This document shows positions 39,485 to 48,641 of a stretch of 64,000 nt of DNA, in pieces; position 1 is the stretch's first letter; every line of letters starts with the position of its first letter. Position numbers and translations under genes: made by a program. The stretch is from a candidate division WWE3 bacterium (GTDB lineage: Bacteria > Patescibacteriota > WWE3 > UBA101185 > UBA10185), in the NCBI GenBank assembly GCA_003599255.1, contig QZJF01000021.1:2287-66286 (forward strand), written 5' to 3'. Below the pieces are notes generated by a model. The model was not told the DNA's origin. It did not search any database and saw nothing but the letters and a program-made list of their open reading frames with translations.

Positions 39485-39778
39485 ATGTACGATGAGCTAA
39501 TTCTGCTGGGCACTGTTGTTGTGCTTCCAATCGTTGTGTATCTGATAATCAAGGCTAAATTCGGACCGGAAGTTACCGAATACGTCAACAACGTAAACAC
39601 GGGAGACGAAGTTGAAGCCGATGACGATGATGGAGATGGAATAGGCGGACTGGGTGTAAGTATCGGACCAGATGGAGTTGGCCTAAGCATCAATCTGGGA
39701 AGCGGACTCGGTATCGACCCCTCAGACGGATCCTTAACCGTTAATGTTGGCGGAGGTATTTATTTGGATACCGACTAA
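39485..39778 (+). CDS. small membrane-anchored Gly/Asp-rich protein
   Basis: N-terminal TM helix then acidic, Gly-rich repeats (GLGVSIGPDGVGLSINLGSGLGIDPSDGS); RBS AAAGGAAG. Confidence 0.5.
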   Translation: MYDELILLGTVVVLPIVVYLIIKAKFGPEVTEYVNNVNTGDEVEADDDDGDGIGGLGVSIGPDGVGLSINLGSGLGIDPSDGSLTVNVGGGIYLDTD

Positions 39779-39784
39779 CCGAAA

Positions 39785-39834
39785 GAAGGTCATTCTTGAG
39801 CAGTTTTTTTGAGAATGACCTTCATTTTTTTAAT
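39785..39834 (+). terminator. rho-independent terminator
   Basis: 12-bp stem GAAGGTCATTCT/AGAATGACCTTC followed by ATTTTTTT; sits between convergent genes. Confidence 0.6.
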
Positions 39835-40546
39835 AAAATAATTTAATTAGCCAACCAAAAAGGCTTTTAACATTTTCTTCTGTCTGCATCTGATTTTGAA
39901 GTGCAGTATTTTGATCCACCATGGCTTTAATCATTACCTGAAGTTGAGTATTTTCACCCTGATTCTGCGTTTCTGTTTGCAGATTTTGCAGTTGCTGTAT
40001 TCTGACCTGGTTCTGCTGAATAAGCTGCTTCATGTCTTTTATAGCCTTGTAATCGGGACCAAATAAACTCTTCATAACCTGGCTCTTGCCCTCTATTTTG
40101 TCTAAAGACTTTCCAATCTGGCTCTGTGTAGCCTGTTGTTGCTTTGCAATTTCACTAATCTGGCCTCCCATTTCACCGGATTTGTTGCCATTGCTGAGAA
40201 AATCCTCAACTGCTTGGGCAACGTTGCTCATATGCTGTCTGGAAGAAGTATTTTCATTATTTTGAGTGCTAACTTTTAATTGGGAATCTTCGCCCTGGTT
40301 TTGAGTGTTTACTTTATTTTGATCCTGCACTTGGACACCTTGCCCCGGCGCTGAATTCTGTCCCTGAGGCTGTCCAACAGTGATACCTTGGCCATTTCCT
40401 GTTCCCGGTCCTGATTCTGTACCGGACCCGGTGCCTGTGCCGGTTTTTGTCCCCGATCCCGAACCGGACCCACCCTGTGCAAAGGCTGTTGCCGAAAGTG
40501 CCAGGATTAAACCGAATGCTAAATAAATTGGCAATGTTTTCTTCAT
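39830..40546 (-). CDS. secreted low-complexity (G/S/T/Q-rich) coiled-coil protein
   Basis: Signal peptide MKKTLPIYLAFGLILALSATAFA, then GSGSGSGTKTGTGTGSG and Q/N-rich coiled-coil repeats; start trimmed to the MKK at 40546. Confidence 0.55.
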   Translation of the reverse strand: MKKTLPIYLAFGLILALSATAFAQGGSGSGSGTKTGTGTGSGTESGPGTGNGQGITVGQPQGQNSAPGQGVQVQDQNKVNTQNQGEDSQLKVSTQNNENTSSRQHMSNVAQAVEDFLSNGNKSGEMGGQISEIAKQQQATQSQIGKSLDKIEGKSQVMKSLFGPDYKAIKDMKQLIQQNQVRIQQLQNLQTETQNQGENTQLQVMIKAMVDQNTALQNQMQTEENVKSLFGWLIKLFY

Positions 40547-40568
40547 ATGTTTGCTGCCTTTCAAAAAT

Positions 40569-40754
40569 TTATAAATCATTTGGTCCGGCTGGTGTGTCAT
40601 CCCCAAAAGGACAAGGTCCCTCCTGAACTACCTCGCCCACACCATTATCACCACGTACTTTATCCCCACCTGCATATACCGACACTGTAACCAAGGCAAG
40701 AGCCAAGACAAAACCAAAGACAAAACCTACTGCTACAAAATGACCTTTATGCAT
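40569..40754 (-). CDS. candidate small membrane protein (61 aa)
   Basis: MHKGHFVAVGFVFGFVLALALVTVSVYA then a short tail; ORF-track version extended upstream with an implausible N-terminus. Confidence 0.35.
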   Translation of the reverse strand: MHKGHFVAVGFVFGFVLALALVTVSVYAGGDKVRGDNGVGEVVQEGPCPFGDDTPAGPNDL

Positions 40755-40837
40755 ATCATTTACCTTTTTAAAACTTAATAAACTTATATCAATATTATAC
40801 AGTAATATATAGATGGTGTAATGGAGTGATCGCAGTC

Positions 40838-41314
40838 TTATGTTAAATCTATTGCCAAACGAGAATCTATATCTGACTTCGGGTCCGGAATCCAAACTTT
40901 GGTGGGAGTGGCCTTATAGAAGTGATAAACTTTGCCTTTTAACAATTCTTTTAAACCATCTCCAAATGCACCTGAAGCATTTCCGTATGGATATTCTCTT
41001 CTGAAATATAGTTTTGTCACCTTAGGTAGCTCCATAAATGAAACCTGTTCTACAGTTGCTTCTATCTGTACACCAACACCTTCTCCCCAGAGCTGATGAG
41101 AGTCAAAGATTGCTAAAGATACTTTAGGATTATAATTTATATTTCTCTGATGTTTTGACTTAGGGACAGATACCCAATATAAATTGTAGCTGTCATCATA
41201 TACATAGGCCACAGGAGATGCCCAAGCCTCTCCAGTCTCATCAGAACTTGCAATGGTCATATATTGATTACTCTGAATAATGTCTTTTGCTAATTGAATC
41301 AAGTCACTTTGCAT
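40838..41314 (-). CDS. pyridoxamine 5'-phosphate oxidase-like FMN-binding protein
   Basis: 158 aa with split-barrel-like pattern (MTIASSDETGEAWASPVAYVYDD ... LAIFD); general-stress-protein-26-like. Confidence 0.55.
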   Translation of the reverse strand: MQSDLIQLAKDIIQSNQYMTIASSDETGEAWASPVAYVYDDSYNLYWVSVPKSKHQRNINYNPKVSLAIFDSHQLWGEGVGVQIEATVEQVSFMELPKVTKLYFRREYPYGNASGAFGDGLKELLKGKVYHFYKATPTKVWIPDPKSDIDSRLAIDLT

Positions 41315-41398
41315 AACAAGATTATATCAATCGAGAGCTTGTGATGTTTTTCTCAATAAACGAAACTCCCTAAATAGGGGGTCCGTTTTCAAGTAGAA

Positions 41399-42088
41399 TT
41401 ATTTCCTGCCTTTCGGAAACGAAACGGGCGTCATAGAAAACCAGTCTTCTAAACCATCGAAGATGGCTTGTGCGATTTGAGTTTGCCTACTCCCGTCCCC
41501 GTCCCTAAGCATTCCACACTCTTCCGTATTTGAAAGGTAGACAGCTTCCTGCATTGTAGCCGGCATTTCAGACTTTAATGTAACACCGGACATAAAGTTT
41601 GTAATTCCAAGATTTGGAATGCCCGTCAATGACTCTACCAAACTGTTATGAATAATTTCGGTGAAAGCCTTATCTTTTTTTATCTTAGCGTATAGCCCAA
41701 GCGTCCCGTTTTTAGTATGGTCCAAAGATCCATTAAGGTGAATAGAAACTAATGCATCACCTTTGTTTTCGTTTGCAAGAGTATATCTAACTTCATTCGA
41801 TAAAGTGACGTCATTAGTTATTCTTGTCATTATCGGTAACCCGCCGTTAGTTTCAACTAAGTCAGCCAAAATAAGGGCAATGTCCAGATTAGCCTGACTC
41901 TCATCATATCCGATGCACTGTGTGGTTCCGGGATCGTCGCCTCCATGACCGGGATCAATAATAACTTTCTTACCCTCTACCGATGATGCGAGTGCTGCTG
42001 GCGAAAAGACTAATGATGCGACCAAAGCAAGAAAAGAGAATAAAATTAATTTTCTCAAAATTATCACCCCCTTGGTTAAAGTATACAT
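41399..42088 (-). CDS. N-acetylmuramoyl-L-alanine amidase (Amidase_3 family)
   Basis: Signal peptide, IDPGHGG zinc-binding motif, VSIHLN and E-containing catalytic region. Confidence 0.8.
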   Translation of the reverse strand: MYTLTKGVIILRKLILFSFLALVASLVFSPAALASSVEGKKVIIDPGHGGDDPGTTQCIGYDESQANLDIALILADLVETNGGLPIMTRITNDVTLSNEVRYTLANENKGDALVSIHLNGSLDHTKNGTLGLYAKIKKDKAFTEIIHNSLVESLTGIPNLGITNFMSGVTLKSEMPATMQEAVYLSNTEECGMLRDGDGSRQTQIAQAIFDGLEDWFSMTPVSFPKGRK

Positions 42089-42127
42089 CGATCGGATTTT
42101 TTTTTAAGATGTTCTTGAAGATTTACT

Positions 42128-42203
42128 TGGGGTGGCTGACGGGGATCGAACCCGCAACCCCTGCTTCCACAGAGCAGTGCTCTACCATTGAGCTACAGCC
42201 ACC
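42128..42203 (-). tRNA. tRNA-His (anticodon GTG)
   Basis: Extra 5' G(-1), acceptor GTGGCTG, anticodon loop CUGUGGA, T-loop GGTTCGATCC, CCCA 3' end. Confidence 0.85.
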
Positions 42204-42247
42204 ATAAAAAGAGGATAAATCGCAGTAATTATAGCATCATCAGCGGT

Positions 42248-43669
42248 TTAGTTGGTATGAATACGCTCCCAATTGAAAAAGTCCAGAAACCTGTCTGCAT
42301 ATGTAAAAGTGTACTTTTCCCCAATACCGCTTATATATTTAGACACGTAGTAGTTAGTGTACGGATGATAAAGGAATATTGCAGGAGAGTTTTCTATAAT
42401 AGCTTTTTGAAATTCATTGTAGTGTACAACTCTCTTGTCGTTTTCCAGCTCATTTCTCCCCTCCTCCAAAGCACGGTCTGCCCGTACATTCTCAAAACCG
42501 GTTATGTTAAGTCCGGGATGCTCTTTTTGTGTAGAATGCCAGTTTACATATCTATCCGGGTCCCGTCCTGTTTCCTGCCCATAGAATAAAATCTCGAAAT
42601 TACGCGGCTCTATAACTGAGCTTAGCATTTGATCAGGAGCTACTTCGTTAATTTCCACATTTACTTTGAGCTTGTCTTCCCATGTATCCTTGATTCTATC
42701 AGCAAATTCTCTATGTTCAGAAACATCCGGAACGGTAATTTGCACCTGCGTACCAGTAAGATCTTCTTTGAATTCAGGGTCATATTTATTAAATTTTAAT
42801 TCTTCATCTGTAAACACGCTTCGGCTTATGGGACCTTGTACCTCAATTCCTTTGTCGTAAACAAGATCTCTCATATGAAGAACTTTTTCGAGTTTTTTCC
42901 TCAAATCAGCATCCTGTAATTTCTCATTGTTTAGATTGAAATAGAGAGAGTAATATATGCCTTGCGTAGGAAATCTATGGTTAATAAAGGACTCCAAATC
43001 ATATGTGCTTTCCGATAAAAAACCATCGATTTCTCCAAGTTTTGCTGCAGTAGCTAACTCTTCATCTTTGCTATAGTAACGGAAAACTATCTTCTTAATT
43101 TTGTAGTCATTACTTGTAGTACGTAAAACAACCTGTTTAATAACAACACCGTCCTTTTCCACGCGAACAACACGAAAATCTCCGCTCGATATTGGCATTA
43201 AGGAGTTGTCATCCTCAATTGAATTTCTAGGCATTACTCCAATCGTTAGTAAACTTAAAAACGGAGCGTATTTATTAGGGAGGACATACCTGACCGTTAA
43301 ATCGTCAACTTTATCTGTTGCAACACCTGCAAGATCCTCGATATTGAATGAAGTGTATATCAAGTCATCTGATGTAATCTTTCGTCCGTTTGTCCAATAT
43401 TGATTATCTTTCAGTTTTACCGTGTAGACCAATCCGTCTTCTGATACAGACCAGGACTCAGCCAAATCGGGTATCAAAGAGCCGTATATATCATATTTAA
43501 ATAGGCTCCGGAAAAGCATGTGAGATATTGTTCTATCGGTATTAGAAACTGCTTTACCCGGAAAAAAAGACTCCGGCTGTCCTACAACACCCTCCGTAAA
43601 AGAAGAAACAGGCGCAATTGAAAGCAAAAATGAAGTAAATATAAATACTATTTTCTGAAAGATATTCAT
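42248..43669 (-). CDS. ABC transporter substrate-binding protein, family 5 (peptide/nickel type)
   Basis: Signal peptide plus ~450-aa SBP_bac_5-like architecture. Confidence 0.65.
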   Translation of the reverse strand: MNIFQKIVFIFTSFLLSIAPVSSFTEGVVGQPESFFPGKAVSNTDRTISHMLFRSLFKYDIYGSLIPDLAESWSVSEDGLVYTVKLKDNQYWTNGRKITSDDLIYTSFNIEDLAGVATDKVDDLTVRYVLPNKYAPFLSLLTIGVMPRNSIEDDNSLMPISSGDFRVVRVEKDGVVIKQVVLRTTSNDYKIKKIVFRYYSKDEELATAAKLGEIDGFLSESTYDLESFINHRFPTQGIYYSLYFNLNNEKLQDADLRKKLEKVLHMRDLVYDKGIEVQGPISRSVFTDEELKFNKYDPEFKEDLTGTQVQITVPDVSEHREFADRIKDTWEDKLKVNVEINEVAPDQMLSSVIEPRNFEILFYGQETGRDPDRYVNWHSTQKEHPGLNITGFENVRADRALEEGRNELENDKRVVHYNEFQKAIIENSPAIFLYHPYTNYYVSKYISGIGEKYTFTYADRFLDFFNWERIHTN

Positions 43670-43767
43670 AGTGTTTTTTCCTTAGTATTTTACCAGAAAG
43701 TCGAGGTATTGCTTAATTTGAGGAATTGTTGATAATATGTAGAGGCTTTTGGCCGTAATTTTAGTCC

Positions 43768-43842
43768 GGCCCCATCGTCTAGCGGTTAGGACGCCGGGTT
43801 TTCATCCCGGTAACCGGGGTTCGATTCCCCGTGGGGTCACCA
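43768..43842 (+). tRNA. tRNA-Glu (anticodon TTC)
   Basis: GGCCCCATCGTCTAGCGGTTAGGAC ... loop UUUUCAU ... GGTTCGATTCC ... ACCA. Confidence 0.9.
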
Positions 43843-43931
43843 ATCACATAACCTATATTATTGAGAAAGACCCTATTAAATGCTAAAATCCCCGCATCAT
43901 ACCCTTACTATAAAGAGGAGGTAAATTAACA

Positions 43932-44582
43932 ATGAGTACAGGAGATATTCTCCAAACTGCGGTAGTCACTGCCCAGACGGCCTTGAAGCCCCAGCTCAGT
44001 GATCTTGAAGGTTATCTTCAAAAACTTAGGGATCTCAAGGAGGAACAACTTAGTAAATCCGAGAAGAACATCCTGAAGATCGACGAGGCCTTGAGGAGCG
44101 GACTTCCACTGATCAATGCGATCGCGGCGATTTCTGCAGGTGGACTGAATGACCAGGGACTCCCGAGGATAGCTCTAGCACCCTATTCATTGAGCCTGAA
44201 CCGGGGAAGAATCAACACCTTTGTTCAACCCAACGGAAGCTTGAACTTCAGGGACATCAATTGGGGAAATTTCAGCCTGTGGTTACCCGCAGGAACACTT
44301 CAGCCTGAAAAGGGTTTCCTAAAGATCTGCACGCCTACTCGAGCCGGAAGCACTTTGGTACCGCTCGTTCCTCCGGAGCTTCGCTTTTCACCGAACATGC
44401 CCGGCACGATAGATGATTATTATGTGATGTTCGAGGTGCAGCGGTGGGACGAAGCATTGGTACAGGTTGATCCGTATCTGCTCTACCACATCAATGGCTA
44501 CGTTTTTGCAATCGCGGGAAGCTGGGATGTCACCGAAACCGAACTTCGTGCCCTTCAGGCAGCTCGGAATTTAGGTTTCTAA
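43932..44582 (+). CDS. hypothetical protein, GC-rich islet
   Basis: 216 aa; GAGGAGG RBS; ~50% GC; begins 90 nt after the tRNA-Glu 3' end. Confidence 0.55.
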   Translation: MSTGDILQTAVVTAQTALKPQLSDLEGYLQKLRDLKEEQLSKSEKNILKIDEALRSGLPLINAIAAISAGGLNDQGLPRIALAPYSLSLNRGRINTFVQPNGSLNFRDINWGNFSLWLPAGTLQPEKGFLKICTPTRAGSTLVPLVPPELRFSPNMPGTIDDYYVMFEVQRWDEALVQVDPYLLYHINGYVFAIAGSWDVTETELRALQAARNLGF

Positions 44583-44589
44583 GTAGGAA

Positions 44590-44644
44590 ACGCCCCTAAG
44601 ATCATTCCAAAAACATTTGGAGGATTAAAGGGGCGTAACTTTTT
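44590..44644 (+). terminator. possible rho-independent terminator
   Basis: ACGCCCCT ... AGGGGCGT stem followed by AACTTTTT. Confidence 0.4.
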
Positions 44645-44732
44645 AGATGTTATTCTAAGACCTATAGCACTTTACGGGCGGCGTTTTTACTGGTATAATA
44701 AGAGAATCATACCTTAATGAGAGGAGATAATA

Positions 44733-45050
44733 ATGGACATTGAGTCCGTTGTTTATGGTCTTTTGCTCCTTGGTTTCATTCTGTTCGTTATCGGTTCTTT
44801 TCTGGTAAAGATTTTATTTCAGCCCGAAAAGCCAAAGGGTAGAACAGTAGCATGGAGCAAAGACAGGCGGGGCGTAGATGTAAAAACTGTGGTCGAACCG
44901 AACGGTACGAAGCACATTTACACTTTCCCTGCCGGTCGAAGACAAACTCTCCACTCTCATAAAGTGATAAAAGACGGAAGAACCGTTTTTCATCGCAATG
45001 AGGCCGGAAGAGTTGTCACCAACGAACGCAATAAACCGCGTCCGAAATAA
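44733..45050 (+). CDS. small membrane-anchored basic protein, GC-rich islet
   Basis: 105 aa with N-terminal TM helix; GAGGAG RBS; elevated GC. Confidence 0.5.
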   Translation: MDIESVVYGLLLLGFILFVIGSFLVKILFQPEKPKGRTVAWSKDRRGVDVKTVVEPNGTKHIYTFPAGRRQTLHSHKVIKDGRTVFHRNEAGRVVTNERNKPRPK

Positions 45051-45051
45051 A

Positions 45052-45104
45052 CAGGCACATAACTTTGATGATAACCCATCCTTGATATGTGCCTGCACTT
45101 TTTC
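45052..45104 (+). terminator. rho-independent terminator
   Basis: 10-bp stem CAGGCACATA/TATGTGCCTG followed by CACTTTTTC. Confidence 0.55.
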
Positions 45105-45162
45105 TATTCAGTATTTGAAAACCCTTGGTCACCGGTAATTTATGCTGTTACAATAATGCCGT

Positions 45163-46617
45163 ATGAATCAGGTTATTGCACGAATTTTCCAACCTTCTTG
45201 GAACCTATATATCACCGACTTTCTGGATATACTCATTATAGCCCTATTTCTCTACTCTCTATTTCTTCTGTTAAGAAAAACAAGATCATACCTTGTGTTT
45301 TTCGGACTGATAATGACAATGGGTTTATATCTTTTTGCCAAGTACTTTAACTTATATTTAACTTGGTACCTTTTGCAGTATTTTGTAGGTGTGTCGTTAG
45401 TAATTTTTGTAATTATTTTTCAGTCAGAGATAAGAAAATATTTTGAGTTTTTGGGACTTATTGGTACCAGACAAATAAAAGTCGGGAGACTTGCTCCAAA
45501 ATCCCCTTTGCTTGGGGAAATCGTTCAATCCTGCGTCAGAATGGCACAAGCAAAAATCGGAGCGTTGATTGTAATTCAGGGTAATGATGACATTGTCAAT
45601 TTTACAGAAGGGGGTACGGCATTGGATGGCGTTATTTCCGAAGATATTATTCAAAGCATTTTTGACCCCCATTCTGATGGTCATGACGGAGCTTTGATCA
45701 TTAGAAATAACAGAATCTCCAAGTTTGGCACTCACCTACCGCTTTCTACCAATTTTAAAGAGATAGGAAAACATGGAACAAGACATAGTGCCGCTTTGGG
45801 AATTACAGAAGTGTCTGATGCTTTCTCAATTGTTGTGTCAGAAGAAAAAGGTAAAATCTCAATATCAAAAGAAGGCAAACTCAAAACTCTAAACGAATTT
45901 TCTGATCTTGAAAAGGAACTCGAGAAGTATACACGTGCAAAGTTTTCTCCAAAACCTGAAAACCCGTTCATCCATATTTTCAAACATAATCTTTGGTTAA
46001 AAGGAGGAGCTATTTTAACCGCTTCGTTACTTTGGTTTTTCAGTGTGTATCAGGCCGGAATTATCGAGAAGGCTTACAGCATACCCATAACTTTTGAGAA
46101 TTTGCCAAAGGACACCGCTATTGAAAATTACAGTCCTAAAGAAATTGAAATTAGCGTAATCGGAAGGGGCGACAAAGTTTTTGAAAAAATCACACCCGAG
46201 AATTTCCAAATAATACTGGATGTGGCCAATCTGGAAAATGGTGTTAATAAAATAGAACTGATAAGAAAAGATATTACTATTCCTTTGAATGTTTCTATGG
46301 TGTCGATTGAGCCTGAAACTGTGCTTCTTACAGCTAAAAAATATTATGCTTCTCAAATACCCATTGTTATCAAAACAAAGGGAGAAGTTGCAAAGGAGCT
46401 TGAATTAAAAGGGATAGTAGTCACTCCTGAATTTATTGAAATGTGGGTCCCTCAGGACACGGAAATACCAAATGAAATTGCAACGGAGACCATAGATATA
46501 TCAACATTGACCGAATCAGTTATTGTACCGGTTAAACTTATAATTCCAAATGATCTCAAACCTGTTAAGGGTGATTCTGTTGCTAATGTGGCCTTAACCA
46601 TAGAAAAGCAGCAGTAG
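45163..46617 (+). CDS. cdaA: diadenylate cyclase CdaA fused to a CdaR/YbbR-like regulator domain
   Basis: 3 N-terminal TM helices, DAC domain motifs (DGALIIRNNRI, GTRHSAALGITE), then an extra TM and ~220 aa of YbbR-like beta-repeat region. Confidence 0.8.
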   Translation: MNQVIARIFQPSWNLYITDFLDILIIALFLYSLFLLLRKTRSYLVFFGLIMTMGLYLFAKYFNLYLTWYLLQYFVGVSLVIFVIIFQSEIRKYFEFLGLIGTRQIKVGRLAPKSPLLGEIVQSCVRMAQAKIGALIVIQGNDDIVNFTEGGTALDGVISEDIIQSIFDPHSDGHDGALIIRNNRISKFGTHLPLSTNFKEIGKHGTRHSAALGITEVSDAFSIVVSEEKGKISISKEGKLKTLNEFSDLEKELEKYTRAKFSPKPENPFIHIFKHNLWLKGGAILTASLLWFFSVYQAGIIEKAYSIPITFENLPKDTAIENYSPKEIEISVIGRGDKVFEKITPENFQIILDVANLENGVNKIELIRKDITIPLNVSMVSIEPETVLLTAKKYYASQIPIVIKTKGEVAKELELKGIVVTPEFIEMWVPQDTEIPNEIATETIDISTLTESVIVPVKLIIPNDLKPVKGDSVANVALTIEKQQ

Positions 46618-46691
46618 AACAGATATGATATTCTCCAATATATAGTGTACAATGACTTGACCTACTAGCCTGAAGTAGAAAGGAGCCCAAA

Positions 46692-47459
46692 ATGGAAATT
46701 CACATGGATCAGGAGGCGGCTCTGGAAGGTGCAAGGGAAATGGATCGTTTCCTCGCCTATATTTCAGGCGCATTTCCGAACCTTTCCGCGGAGGTTAATT
46801 CCGACGCGCGTCTCCATTTTGTTTTATACGCTCTTTTCACCGGCCTGACGCCGATCAACCGGTTGAAAGATGGAGCGCGAGAGCTGAAGCTTCAATTTAA
46901 CGAGGCCTTTAAGCTTTTTGGCACACAAAGGGTAGAAATGATCGACATCCCTGAGTGCGCAAAGGTAGAGAGGATCCGCTCTGAGTTTATTAATATCAAT
47001 GCGGTCCGAAAGGTTGTTGAAATGAATCGTCGGTACTTCCCGGATTTTACCGATCCGATCGAATGGATAAGGCAAAATCCGCAGGTTTTGTGCTATGAAT
47101 GCACCGAGCCAGGAGACATGAAGCATGTAACTTACGGCATTTTGAGTGGTTTTCCACCTCAGGCGTGCCGGGACTACAGAGTCTTTACCGAATCTCTGTC
47201 ATTCCTGAACGAAGCTGGTATTACATTGCCGTCCTTTGTCTCGAATCCTCAGCACTTGAGGGATGTATTCGCACGTTCGGAAGTGGCTGACTCGCTTTCA
47301 GGTCAACCTTCTCACCTTAGAGTACTGCAAAATGCCCGAGCTTCAGGATTCTTGCACTTCACCTGCTACACCTTTTCGGAGGAACAAGCAGAATACGTGA
47401 GATATCTTGAAGAAGCATTTTTTTCGACCTTGATGTTGGTAGGGTATAATGAGTATTGA
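46692..47459 (+). CDS. hypothetical protein, GC-rich islet
   Basis: 255 aa, ~50% GC, AAGGAG RBS; no recognisable domain. Confidence 0.55.
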   Translation: MEIHMDQEAALEGAREMDRFLAYISGAFPNLSAEVNSDARLHFVLYALFTGLTPINRLKDGARELKLQFNEAFKLFGTQRVEMIDIPECAKVERIRSEFININAVRKVVEMNRRYFPDFTDPIEWIRQNPQVLCYECTEPGDMKHVTYGILSGFPPQACRDYRVFTESLSFLNEAGITLPSFVSNPQHLRDVFARSEVADSLSGQPSHLRVLQNARASGFLHFTCYTFSEEQAEYVRYLEEAFFSTLMLVGYNEY

Positions 47460-47484
47460 CCACTATATAGCTATAGGGTATAAT
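47456..47484 (+). promoter_or_regulatory. sigma70-type promoter (TTGACC-17 nt-TATAAT)
   Basis: Consensus-like -35 at 47456-47461 and -10 at 47479-47484 with a 17-nt spacer, upstream of a strong RBS. Confidence 0.5.
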
Positions 47485-47516
47485 ATTCACATCCTATCCG
47501 ACAGAAGGAGCAAAAA

Positions 47517-47645
47517 ATGAACGGGATTGTAAGGTTTTTCAAGTGGTTGTCATCGAAAGGTCCGTGGGGATACTGCAGCTCATGTTTGCAAACTTTCAGC
47601 TCTGCTGAAGAAGCCCGCAACCATTACTGCCCTGGACGAGATTGA
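47517..47645 (+). CDS. candidate 42-aa zinc-ribbon-like micro-protein
   Basis: AAGGAG RBS 6 nt upstream of ATG; C-x2-C ... H-x-C arrangement; below the ORF-track length cutoff. Confidence 0.35.
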   Translation: MNGIVRFFKWLSSKGPWGYCSSCLQTFSSAEEARNHYCPGRD

Positions 47646-47855
47646 TAACAACCCAGTCGGAGGTCCGCGCACCGCATTAATCTTTCATGATTAAGACAAG
47701 GACCAAAACGCTCACAATAATGCGCATAAAAGTGAGCAACTTCGAACCTGCAAAAAGTTGGCTTTTCCAAGCTGATAATTTGCAGGTTCCTTTCATTTTT
47801 CAGCTAATATTCGGAATATCCTATATTGAAGGGAGACGGCACCTTGAAGAACAAT

Positions 47856-48137
47856 ATGAAATGGCTGGCACTTGGAGCTTTGCTGTTGTTATTTGCATTG
47901 CTCGCGGTATCGTGCATCGGCGGGGCAGATTACTCGCTCTTCAAACCCTCGCCTGAAAGCATGGTTGAAGGGGCTTCCATTGTATATGTGGGAGAAATGC
48001 CGTGCATGATCTTTATCGGCACAACCGGAGGAGGCGAAGATACCTTTTCCTGGGGTTCGTGTGACTGGTCGAAATATGACGACACACTTCCCGCCCGCTT
48101 CGGTATGGAAGTTATCAGACTGACACCGAAACCTTAA
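47856..48137 (+). CDS. putative lipoprotein, GC-rich islet
   Basis: MKWLALGALLLLFALLAVSC signal with lipobox-like AVSC; ORF-track version uses an upstream TTG start. Confidence 0.5.
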   Translation: MKWLALGALLLLFALLAVSCIGGADYSLFKPSPESMVEGASIVYVGEMPCMIFIGTTGGGEDTFSWGSCDWSKYDDTLPARFGMEVIRLTPKP

Positions 48138-48147
48138 GGAGGACTTG

Positions 48148-48627
48148 ATGTCAAGTTATTTGCTTAACATGGCAAGCGCCCAACAGGCAGTGGAAATGAG
48201 TATGCCAACTTTAAATATTTGGTTGCAATCGAAACTCATTGAACACACAAACATCTCTGTGGTGGTCCTGGATCCTACCATTACACAGAAAGGAGGTTAT
48301 GAATTCCAGGAATCGGTACTTTTCACAGCTGAAAACGGCAGTCCCAAACCCAAATATAAACGGGTTGCTCTGTCAAAAGCTGAGATCAGTTGGGAAACAG
48401 GCCTTCCGAGCCATATAGCTCAACAAGTGTACCCACATTTGTTCCGTTTGGGACAGACAAAATGGGGCGGATCCGCGGTTTACTTCGGGATTGTTGTTTC
48501 ATGTTCCGGTCTTTCCTGGCAATGGGACTGGGCATTCTCGGGTATTGTTGCCGCTAACCTCCACGCATTATGCATAGGCGGTATGCGCGCAATGCTCGAA
48601 AGCGAAGCTGCTTTCTTCGGAGAATAA
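48148..48627 (+). CDS. hypothetical protein (weak GlcG/DUF336-like pattern)
   Basis: AGGAGG RBS 6 nt upstream of ATG 48148; WGGSAVYFGIVVSCSGLSWQWDWAFSGIVAANLHAL loosely resembles the GlcG/HbpS G-rich core. Confidence 0.5.
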   Translation: MSSYLLNMASAQQAVEMSMPTLNIWLQSKLIEHTNISVVVLDPTITQKGGYEFQESVLFTAENGSPKPKYKRVALSKAEISWETGLPSHIAQQVYPHLFRLGQTKWGGSAVYFGIVVSCSGLSWQWDWAFSGIVAANLHALCIGGMRAMLESEAAFFGE

Positions 48628-48641
48628 CCAAAAATAATATG

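Noticed and set aside
41983-42207. 74-aa plus ORF
   Set aside because: Overlaps tRNA-His on the opposite strand.
47687-47956. 89-aa plus ORF
   Set aside because: Overlaps the lipoprotein signal-peptide region out of frame; no RBS; the lipoprotein frame starting at 47856 is preferred.
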